Source of the DNA: Diplonema japonicum
Taxonomy: Eukaryota; Protista; Euglenozoa: Diplonemea
Assembly: GCA_964019335.1 (NCBI GenBank)
Contig: OZ025687.1
Span: 508,384-572,383 of the forward strand
Length of the DNA: 64,000 nt
Reading direction: 5' to 3'
This document shows positions 1 to 10,800 of this stretch, piece after piece. Each line of letters opens with the position of its first letter. Position 1 is the stretch's first letter. A program made the translations under genes and the position numbers. The notes below the pieces were generated by a model, which was given only the letters and a program-made list of their open reading frames with translations, did no database searches and had not been told where the DNA came from.

Positions 1-709
1 TAAGTCAAATTGAACTGCGGGTGTTTCAAAAGATTTTTTTTTTATATACATTTCCCAAAAAAAAAAAAAAAAAAAAAAAAGAAAAGAAAAAAAAAAAAAG
101 CATTCGTGCGATCGGTTTTATTTTTTTTTTTATTTTTTATTTTCTATTAGATGTTATTTTCAAAATGGAGATTCAAAAGGTTAGTTTACGGGGCAGCAGG
201 ACCAAGGCCCTCGGGTATGGATTTCTCGTTTAACAAGTCAAAGTAAAAGGGGGCTGTGCAGATATTTTGGTCCACTCATGGATGCTGTTGTCAGGCACGT
301 GTAGGATCCCCCGTCCACGGTGGGCACCAACCAGCGCACCGCAAAAATAGATCGAGTTTTTTTTTTTTTTTTTTTTTTAGAAAGAAGGGGTGGGTGGGGT
401 GCTCGCGACGTGAGTATTTTTTTTTTTCCCCCTACCATATCGCCGAGGGCCTCGTTCCCCTCTCTTTGCTCCCCCCTTCTTCTTAGCCTTGTCTTTCTCA
501 CTTCTTTTGTTGAGATTACACCAGGTTTTCTTTTTTTCTTTTTTCTTTTTTTAAATCTTATGGTGTTTGTTTGCTTGTGTAGTAAAAGGGGTATATTTGT
601 GCCTGTTCCTGTTTTTATTGCCATATCCCCAGGGATGACCCCCCCCCCCCCCCCCCCCCCCCATTACTAACCTCTTTTTTTTAATATTTTTATTTATTTA
701 TTATTTCTT

Positions 710-748
710 TTTCAGGCGTCCTGTCACATACCGCAGGTACCCTTAAAT
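710..748 (+). repeat. 39-bp dispersed repeat, copy 1
   Basis: tttcaggcgtcctgtcacataccgcaggtacccttaaat; 38/39 identical to 53331-53369. Confidence 0.9.
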
Positions 749-871
749 GTTTCTTTTTTTTTTCTTTATTCAAACTCTCTCATTTGTCACTTATTATTTG
801 TCAAAGTTTTTTTTTTGGAAGGAAAAACACACACACAAGTATTACAAAAAAAAAAAAAAAAAAAAAAAAAA

Positions 872-1171
872 ATGGGTAACGCACACATCCTTGCCGTGGC
901 CAGCCATAACAGCTCTACGGGGTCCTTCAGAGGCCAGGAGAACTGCACTGAGAAATCTGCCTTCAGCAACCCGAAGCTGAGCAAGCTTGGTGACAAGAGG
1001 ACAAAGGGAAGAAAAGGTTCCAAGGGAGGTGATGTCGAACTCGACTCGATTCCTGAGCATGTGCATCTTCTGTCCCGTTCCAACTCTTCCTTCTCTACCG
1101 ATGAAGGTTCTTTCGATTACAGTGATTCCCTTGATGAAACCATACAGAGCCGCAGAGGAATAGCCGCGTGA
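872..1171 (+). CDS. Small hypothetical protein (99 aa), possible N-myristoylation (MGNAHI...)
   Basis: ATG at 872 directly after an A-tract; mixed-composition island between homopolymers; Gly2; Ser-rich; no recognisable domain. Confidence 0.5.
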   Translation: MGNAHILAVASHNSSTGSFRGQENCTEKSAFSNPKLSKLGDKRTKGRKGSKGGDVELDSIPEHVHLLSRSNSSFSTDEGSFDYSDSLDETIQSRRGIAA

Positions 1172-3607
1172 GGTGGGTTTCCCCCCTCTTTTTTTTATTC
1201 TCCCATTCTCTCGAAGAAAGAAAAAAAAAAAAAAACGAAAAAAAGGTAAAAAAAAAACGAAAAAAAATAGCCTCATTCATTTTTTTTTGTTTTTTTCCCT
1301 CAAATTTCTCTCCCCCTTTTTATTTTCTTCTCTTTTTTTTTCTTTTCCGAATTCCGGTTTAGTTTTAGAAGAGGTACGGGGAAAAAAAAAAGTGGGGAGT
1401 TAGAAAGAAGGGGGGGAAAAAAGAAAGAAAGAAAGAAAGAACAGAAAAGAGAAAGCAAAGGGGGAAAAGGGGGAGGAAGAAAAAAAAAGAAGGGAAAATA
1501 AAAAAAAACCTTTTTTTTTCGAGTCCTTAGCAGAGGAAATTAATAAAAGGGTGATCAATACTCTCCTTTCCCTAAAACTGTTTTTTTTCTCTTCTCCCCT
1601 CCCAATTGTTGATAGTGCAAAATCTCTTTTAAATAAATTATTTTACCTTCCCCCCTCCCTTGCCCTGTCCTTTATTTCATCTTCACCCCTGTCTCTTTCT
1701 GGCGTAAGGGAAGAGAACAAGAAAAAAAGTTAAAAAAGAAAAAAAGTGTGATTCGCACTTCATATACACCCTTTTTTTTTTGAGTGCCGTAAAAACATTC
1801 ATCCCTATTTCATCTTCACCCCCCTTTTTCTTTTTTTTATTCTTTCTTCTTTTTTTCTCTTTTTTTTTCTCTTCAGTTTGAGCAATTTTTTTCCATTCGA
1901 TTTGCTCATATGAAGAAACAAAAAAAAAAAAAAACAACCAAAACCATATCCCCCCTTTCCTTTTTTTTTCTTTTCTTTTTTTTTTTTTTTCGAAATTATT
2001 GTTTCAACTGAATAGGGGTTTACAAGGGACGAAGAAAGGGAGAAAGGAAAAAAAAAAAAAAAAAAAAACAGAAAAATAGTGGCATAAGAGAAATAAAAGA
2101 CCCTTGAGAGGGGAATATCTCTTGGTCCGCGAGGCTAGTTCAGCCATGAAATCTTTCCTCCTCTATTGTGCGTTGTGTTTTTTTTCTTTTTTTTTTTTTT
2201 TTTTTTTTCTTTTTTTTTAATTTCCACGTCGTGTGTTGTAGGGAAATGGGTAGCCTCGATAAAAGTACAAGAAAATAAAATGAAATACCCTTCCTTACAC
2301 TTTTTTTTTTCTCTTTTTTTTTTTCATTTCAATAGAGTTGATAGATAAGAGGCAACCCCGGTTAGAACTAGCACTCTGCATTTCGTTCTCTTTTCTCCCT
2401 TCATTAAAAAAAAAAAAAAATCTTTTTTCTTCTTCTGATGGGTATATTTGCTAACACTTTCTTCCCTTCTCATCATGACCACATTTCGAGATTTCATCTT
2501 TTCTTTTATTATTATTTTTTTTTTTCTTATTTCTTTTTTTTTTTTAAATTAGAAAACAAAAAAAAATAAAAGAGACCGTAAAATCGCACGTAAAAATATT
2601 TTTTTCTTTTTTTTTTTTGTATTTCACATTTTCTTTTTTTCCTTTATAGTTTATTCCAATTATTCTTTTTCAAAAAAGTAAAATCGTGGTACCCCCCCCC
2701 CCCCCCCCCCGTTGCTCTCCTTTTCCTTATTTCATCCTTTTTGAAAGAGAAGGCCCATGCCGGTAAAATCACTCGAGATGCCAGACGCGAGAAGAAGAAA
2801 AAGGGAACTGAACGTACCATCAAAAGACCCCACCCCCCTCCACCCCCCGCTTCGATGACAGTAAAGCAGTACAGCTAGCACCAGCTTTCTGTGGAAGAGG
2901 TTCTTGCAAAAGATTATATGTTAAAAGAAAAAAAAAAAATATATATCTGCCACTCAGGGCACCTTAATTCTAACCCTATTATCGCCTTAAGAAAAGGCGT
3001 TAAAAAAAAAAGTAGCATGTGCGGAGGGGGAACATTTCTGATGAAAGGGAGGGGGGGAAATACGCAAAATGAAAAGGAAAAGATTAAGAGAAGGAACAAA
3101 AAAAAAAAAAAAGAAAAAAAAAACGTAAGGCTAACAACCATCTATCCCTTATTTTTTTATTTGCTTTATTGTGTTTTTTTTTTTTTTTATTTGCATTTTT
3201 TTTATTCCATTCAATTTCCTTTCCCCCTCCCATTTGTTTTTTTGTTTTTTTTTTCCTTCCCCCTCCTTCCCCCATTCACATGGCACTTGTTTCCTCTCTT
3301 TTTTTTTTTTTTTTTCCCTTCACATTATTCCTCATTTCTTTTTGTGGGTAGTTCCCCCCCCTTTACTCTGCTTCCATTTCATTCTCTCTTTCACACCGGC
3401 CCTTTAAGGCGTGTGAACAAGAGAACAGGGAAGAAATAGAGTAGAGGCGGGGAAAAGAAAGAAAATGAAGACCTAACCAAAGATTTTCTCCTTTTTTTAT
3501 TTTTTTTTATTTTTTATATTCTTTCTTTTTCGTTTCCTCTATTTTACTTTATTCTCTCCTCATCACTCTTATTCATCCTTTTCTTTTTTTTTTTTTTTCT
3601 TTTGTGT

Positions 3608-3646
<39 letters not shown>

Positions 3647-3728
3647 CTATTCTTGTTCCCAGCATGATCTCAAAAAAAAAAAAAAAAAATCCCAAAGGGT
3701 AAAAAAAAAAAAAAAAAAGGAGAACAGC

Positions 3729-3889
3729 ATGCAAGCCGAACAATGGAGTGCTTACTATGATGAGGAAGCAGATGACTTCTCTGAATTCAAGAGATTCGAA
3801 ATACCTGATGACGTGCCTTTGAGGCAGCTGAGTGGGAGCATTGTAGAGGAAGAGAATGCGAAGGAATGGGAGGAGGATTGGGAAGATGA

Positions 3890-3930
<41 letters not shown>

Positions 3931-3989
3931 AGGACAAGGAAGACACCTATCAACACATCGCCACTCGCCTAACCTCTGAAAGGAAATAA
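3729..3989 (+). CDS. SEM1: SEM1/DSS1 proteasome lid subunit (exons 3729-3890, 3933-3989)
   Basis: Acidic motifs EEADDFSEF and WEEDWEDE typical of DSS1/Sem1; removing intron 3891-3932 removes the poly-Lys run. Confidence 0.85.
3891..3932 (+). other. 42-nt intron GT-(A)37-CAG
   Basis: GT...CAG boundaries, phase 0; splicing gives WEDE|DKEDTY. Confidence 0.8.
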
Positions 3990-4581
3990 AAAAACTTTAA
4001 AAACCCCACCCAAGGAGGGGAGAGAAGGGAAAAAAAAAGATAATTTTTAGAGCCTTTTGAACAAAAAAAAAGGAGGAGGGGGTGGGGCGGGGGGATCTTT
4101 TAGCCCCCGCTCCCCCCGTCATTTCCTGAAATTTAGAAAAACACAAAAAACTTTTTTTTTAAAAAATTCTTTTATGGAATTCCTAACTAACCGAGAAGTG
4201 GGGGGGGGGGTGGAAAAGGGAAAAAGTGTGTGTTTAAGGTTATTATTTATTTGTTATTTATTCTTTTCTACCTATATAGTTCCAGCACTCAACAAACCGA
4301 CGTGCGTTTGCTTTTCCCTGGCGTCTCGTCCCACCACCGTCGATCCCTCTGGCTTAACATGACAATAATAAAGATCTTACCCCCGTCGTCGCATAACGGT
4401 CAGTCTGTCCTTGTCTATTTAGTGTTGCTCCAAAGGCAGCGTGCATACCTCACCCTCTGCTCCGGGAGCTTCAGATAACTGTTGAAGGTGAGGAGCCACG
4501 AGATGTGTTCGAAAAAAAAAAAAAAAAAAAAAAAAAAACTGAGAGCTACCTAGGGGGAAGAGGGGAGAAGAAAAAAAGAAA

Positions 4582-7500
4582 ATGAACCTTCAAGAAGGCA
4601 ATGAAACAGCTTTATTAGCAGAGGTAGAAACAGGAGAGGCAGGTGGTAAGGTGATGGTGTGGGCTAAGGAAGAGGTGTGGATGGGTAGAAAGAAGGGAGG
4701 TGTCTGCATACGGGACATGTGCAGCGGGAGAGAGATTGCAGAAGTAACTGACAAAAGCGGGGAGGCTTTCTGTAGACAGAACACACACGCCACAGCAATG
4801 CTGCGACACGAAACGAGTGAAGTTGTATGGGTGGGGTTCAACGATGGTGGCATGGCCGTCATATGTGCTGAGACCTATCAATGCCGGCATGAGTGGAAAC
4901 CCCATACGGGCACGGTGCACTCCATCACGGTGTCTGATGGCCCCGACCCTACCTTCTACACTTCTGGCGAGGACCGCCAGATCCGTTCCTTCACAGGCTT
5001 CCCTCCAAAATGCACCGCCACCTACACGCAGCATCACGCCCCTGTCCTCTCTCTCCTTCACACTCCTACCGGTCTTTTCTCAGGCTCTTCTGACGGTTAC
5101 CTCTACCACTGGGCGTCTTCATCTCCCGCAACACACAAAGCCCATGCCAACGGCTGCCTTATCCTTGCCGCCCATCCACGAAACCCGCTTGAACTGTGGT
5201 CTGGTGGAGGTGACGGTGGCATCTGCATATGGGCGCACGAGGGCGGGAAGCCCCTAAAAATGACAAAGCAGTTGCAGCAACACCCGGGTCCTGTGACCAC
5301 GCTCCTGCAAGTTGCAAACAAAATGATCAGCATGGACAAGCACGGGGTGGTGGTGGTGTGGGACGGGTACGAAGCAGTGCAGCGGATATCCCCCGAAGGA
5401 GCAGGCGGGTGGCAGCGGCATGGGATCAGCGCAGGCTGCCTTGTGGGGCGCGTTGTGTCGTGGAGGTTTTGGACAACAGGCGGAGACGGACGGATCAAGG
5501 TGTGGGGGTGCCCCGCAGAGTCAGAAGCGCAAATGGTGTCGGACCTCATGACATGGAACAGCGAGTTACAAGCAGCAAACACCAACCTGGAAACCGCCGT
5601 TGCCGCTCTGCAGGTACGAGCAGATCACGTCGCAGAGGTCACCGAGTCCAATGCCAACATAGAAGCCACCATGCACTCTGCGATCACGTCTTTGAAGAAT
5701 GTGCACGAAGCCCAGCTGAAAGAAGCTAGCAAACACCACCTCTTAGAGCTTGAGAAACTTCGCAACATGCACTTTGCACACACCAAAGGACTCAGTTCCA
5801 AGCACACTAAAGAAGTGGCGGCGATTCGTGCTGAAGTAGCAAGCATTGAGGCTGCGAAGATAGAGATGATGGAGCGCTACGAGGTATGCAGTGCAGCATG
5901 ACCGTCACAACCCCACAGGAGGACACACAGCAGAAGGAGGAGGAGATGCAAGACGCTCTCAAGCGTGAGAGTGTGTCTCTGAAAGGTCTCACAAAGCAGT
6001 GCGAGGTATGATGACACCACCTGTGCAACACCGACAGGCTGAGGCTACAGAACTGACAAGAACATACACTGCCGAGATAGAGGGGATTCAACACAAGTGC
6101 TCAGAGGAAGTCCGAGGACTCACCGAAGAACTGGAACGGGAACAAGAAAGGTGTCGTAAACTGGAACAGCAGGTTGAGGAAAGCACTGAGTATGTGAAGG
6201 AGGTCCGTGAACGGCAAGCAGAGCTTGCCGAGATCGTGAAAGGAATGCCTGCTGTGAAGGCTTTGGAGGAGAAGGTAGTGGCTCTTGAGGAAGAACTGAA
6301 GACAGTCCTAGATGTACCTGCACCTCTGGTTGCTTCCCTTCAGACTGAAATTGAAACCTTGCAAACCGCGCTTGCTGAGAAGGAGCGGGAACTCTCCCGC
6401 CCGGTCCCGACAATTCCTGTTGCTGCACCTCCTGCCCCCGATCTTGTCTGCTCCCTGCAGGCTGAGGTTGCGCTCCTCCAAACCAGGCTTATGGAGAAGG
6501 AACGGGATCACGCTAGCCGCCCAGTCGCGATCCATATACCGAAGCCCGCTCCTGTGACCCCCTATGCTGTCCCTAATGTGCACACACCACGAGCGCACCA
6601 GCAGGTCCTTGACGCCGTGGAGAGGTACAGGTCTGAAGTGCAGAAGTTGGGCGACGAGGTCTCTGTAGGGAAGAAGCACGAGTCTCTTAGCAGACAAGTC
6701 GACAGCAACAACACTGTTATTGCACATCTGGAGGCACAGCTTGACGCTGCCCTGCGCACATCCGGGGAACTGGAAGGCAAGGCATCAGGGCTAGAGATGG
6801 CACTTTCGAACGCACAGGCACAACTGATGGCCGCAAAGGCCGATCAGGAACACGCTGTCGGGACGCTGCGAGGAGTGGAAGCGTCGCTGGAAAAAGCACT
6901 ACATGAGAAACAGCTCGTGGAAATGCAAAACAGGACGTTGGAGGATAGGATGCAGGTGAGGATTGAGGAAGCGGAGGTGTTGCAGGGACACCTGGCCCTG
7001 TCACAGAGGACGCTGTGTGAGAAGCAGCAACAGTTTGAGGCGGAGAAAAACGAGTACTTAAAATGTACAGACAGGCTGCAGGAGGTAGTGGAAACTGTGG
7101 GGACAGAGAGGGACGTGCTGGGGAAGCTGGTGGGAACACTGGAAGGGGAGCTGAAGGAGGAGAGGCGGATGGCGGACGAAAACGGAACGCGGTGGGTGGA
7201 ATCCGAGACAAGCTTAAAAGTTTTAAAATATGAGAAAGAAGAAATGCTGCTCAAGACACAAGAAGCTGACTACGCGATGACACAGCTTACCTCAGCGAAC
7301 GCCGCCATACAAGATGAATTGTCTGCCATGAGGGACTCCCTGGCAGAAGTGTGCGAGTCAGAGAGTCACCTCAAGACAAGAATCATTTCCCTCCTTGAAG
7401 AACGTGACGCCTCCCTGCAAGACCTCGACTCCCTGAAGCTTGCGTACAACGACCTCGAGAGGGAGGCTCCCGTCATTGCCCCGCCAAATACCCTTGCCTC

Positions 7501-7651
7501 TGAGCTCTCCAACATCACTTCAAGCAGCCCATGGATCCTGTCCCAGCTTAAATCCCTCCAAGATGGGCTGGATCAAACCCACCTTACACGAGAGGAACTA
7601 CAAGCCAAGACAGCATACTTGGTGGATCTCATTGCAATGGCGGTTTCGTAA
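4582..7651 (+). CDS. WD40 beta-propeller + long coiled-coil protein (exons 4582-5883, 5919-6005, 6038-7651)
   Basis: WD-like repeats (HTGTVHSI...SGEDRQIRSF, SGSSDGYLYHW, SGGGDGGICIW, TGGDGRIKVW); introns 5884-5918 (35 nt) and 6006-6037 (32 nt), both GTATG...ACAG, join ORFs 4582 and 5999 in frame via a 29-codon exon. Confidence 0.8.
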
Positions 7652-7680
7652 TAAAAAAGATCGGCGGAAACTATGTATAC

Positions 7681-7716
<36 letters not shown>

Positions 7717-7889
7717 AATAAAAAAACTCAATGTTGTATCCTTTAGAATTAGTAACATCACCCCCCTCCCCCTCTCGGAATGTACTTCCATGTTATTTAC
7801 TATTCCCTTTTTTTTTTGTTGACGACCTTAAGAACACCACAGTTTCACACTCTTAAAAAAAAAAAGAAAAAAAAAGAAAACCAACAACC

Positions 7890-10800
7890 ATGGTAACAAG
7901 GGTAGCGGTAGGAGTGCTGCTGGCAGCAACATGCTTGGTAAGCGCTGCGGAGAGTGAGGAGATGCCGCCGTTCAGCATCAGCAGCTTCAAGGAGGACCTT
8001 GCGGACGAGGCGAAGGACTACCTGATCACGAAGAGCGTGGACTTTGTGACGGAGCACCTGCAGGACTCCTCTGTGTTCCAGGAGGTGATGTCCGAGCTCG
8101 GGATGGGGAAGGTGAAGGCTTTCTGGGACCGGATCAGCGGGGCGCTGAACGGGTACACGCCGTCCGAGGCACAGCTGGTGGCGCTGGAGGGGTACGTTGC
8201 GAAGTGGGACGCGATGAAGGAGGCGGCGTCGAACATCTGCTCGTCGGCGGACGCGGGGAAGCGACAGGGGCAAGTGCTGGCGGCCGGTGAGGCGAGGTTT
8301 GTTGCTGCAGGGAAGTACTCTTTGACGGCAGGTCCGCTGAACGGGTTTGCGCAGTTCATGATCGACGACAAGGGTGTGGTGAGCCCCGCGGTTGCCCTCG
8401 GGTTCACGCTGGCGCCTGGTACGGAGTGCTCGGAGAAGGCGGAGAAGACGTGCAGCGTGCAGGGGAAGACTTGCAACTCCAAGGGGGACGACTGGGAGTG
8501 CACGTGCGACGGGTCCAGCTGCACCGTGGAGGACCTGTCGAAGGAGAAGGGCGACATCGACATCGACGAGTGCAAGCTGGACAGCAGCTTCTACCTGGAG
8601 CAGCCGTCGGAGGAGTACAAGAAGTACGGGAAGCTCCCGGAGTGCAGCGCGGACCAGGAGTGCGAGGACACGGCTGGAAGCCTCGGGTCTGTGGAGTGCG
8701 TGGCGGCACCGAAGCCGTCGAAGAAGAAGGCCCTCATCCCGAAGGGGGAGGCTTTCGTGGAGCTGTCTGTGGAGACGGGGTCCGGGTTCACGCCCATTCC
8801 CGACACGCTGCTGCAGCTCCCCGCGCCCTACGACTACCTCACCTTCGTAATCAACTTCAAGACGCTGGCGATGAAGTTCCAGGTGGACCTTGTGAAGTAC
8901 GAGGAGGAGGACTCGGAAGGGAGCTCGGACGGAGTGCGCGGGGCCTTCCTTGCCGGTCTGGAGCACATGAAGTCTCTGACGAAGCCGAGCCTGCAGGGGG
9001 CGGAGGAGCTTCTGCAGGGCTTCACCTTGATGGCGTACAAGCAGTTCCAGGGAGTGCAGACCCCGATCCCGTCGGCGTTGAACGTGCTCATCCCGATCGT
9101 GACCCCCGTGGTGAACGTGCTGCTGCAGGGGAAGATCGAGCTCCCGTTCTGCATCGGGAACTGCGCGGCGTCTGCGCCTGCCTCGTCGCACGTGTCTGGA
9201 GAGGGCGGGGTGAAGCTGATCGAGACGGACAGGGGGTGCAGGCCCGAGCTGTACGTGAACCTGGAGCAGCTGACGGTGGGGTCCTTCGCCATCGTGCTGC
9301 AGGAGATCACAACGATCCCGGGGCTGACGGATATCATCCAGGCGACGCCGTTCGCCGGTGTGGGGCTTGCGGAAGCGGACCTGTCGGCGACGGTGCTCGG
9401 GCTGACGGAGGTGGAGTTCTCCGTGAGCGGGTCGCCGAGGCTGGGCGGGGTGGACCTCGGGGTGCTGAACACGATCGCGAGCTTCCTGCGTGTCGGGGTG
9501 TCGGCGAAGATCGAGAAGACGACGACGACCATGACCCTGAGCCTCGCGACGAAGGGGATCGAGCTGTCGAACGAGTTCGCCTTCGCGGACCCGAAGGACG
9601 AGGGGGTGAAGTTCGACATCCAGAATGTGGCGGGCCCGATGCCCTCGTCGCGCACCTCTGTGTACCTCCCGTTCAGGGTGACGAAGCCTGAGGCGAACCC
9701 TGTGAACGGGAAGTACCTGTACTTCATCCTGTCAACGAGCTACGTGACGGCGTCGACGGTGGCGGGGATCAGCGGGACCTTCGAGATGGTGGGAACGTGG
9801 GAGAAGGCCTTCGGGATCCCCTTCGTGCAGCTGTCGGACGTGACCGTGTCTGTTGGGATCGACTTCACCATCATCTTCGAGCTGGAGCTGGCCGGGAAGG
9901 TGTGCCTCGGGTCGCAGCAGGCGTGCCGTGACGGGGACTCGACGAAGTCCATCACCGGGGGGGGCGCCGTGCGCTACGACCGAACGGACGCAACGAAGAA
10001 CTACGTGATGGCCTACCTGGACGGGAGCCTCACCCTGACCACCATGTTCGGGCTGTTCGAGCTGGAGAAGATCGGGATCCCGACTATTCTGAGCACCGAC
10101 CAGGTTGGCTTCTTCCCCTACAAAGACGGCTGTGAGCCGAGCGACTTCTCGTGCAAGCTTCGCTTCTCCTACTCGGCCGGGGTGGAGGACGCGATGATCA
10201 ACGGGGTCACGGTGCCCGGGGGCTTCTACCTGCAGGGAGCGATCAAGCTTCCCGGCTTCCACATGCGCGGCTTCGTGCAGTTCTCGCGCCTGCAAGGGAG
10301 GTACGAGATCGACATGGAGGGGCGCTTCGAGTTCAAGGTGGCGGGGACCGAGATCATCACTGTGGAGGGGACGACCCCTGGGAGCGACGCCCGCTTCCAC
10401 GTCCTGGCCAGCGTGATGGAGGGAGTGCTCGTCGACATCGAGGGCTCCTTCAACGTCCCGATCCTGCTCTCGCACGGTGACGCGTCCATCCAGGTGAACG
10501 GCGAAGAGGTGTCGATGACGTCGAAGTCGCTGTCGCTGTTCGGCGGTGCTGTCTCGGGCAGCGGGACGGCTCGCTGGACTTGGAACTCCGTGCAGCTGAA
10601 GGTGCATGCCAACGTTGACCTCTCGCCGCCCCTCACCACCGTGAGCCTGGGCTCCGGGTCCATCGACGTGGACGTGTCGCCCTCGGGTGCCAGCTTCGAC
10701 ATCGCGGTCACCGTCATCGGCTACACGCAGCACGTGAGCGCCTCGATCACGAAGGAACACCTCTCGTTCGGGTTCGGTGTGGACGCAGGGCTCGTCTCCC

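Noticed and set aside
5899-5901. Stop-codon readthrough or programmed frameshifts between adjacent ORFs (also 15118, 17289)
   Set aside because: Short GT-AG introns explain every break in frame
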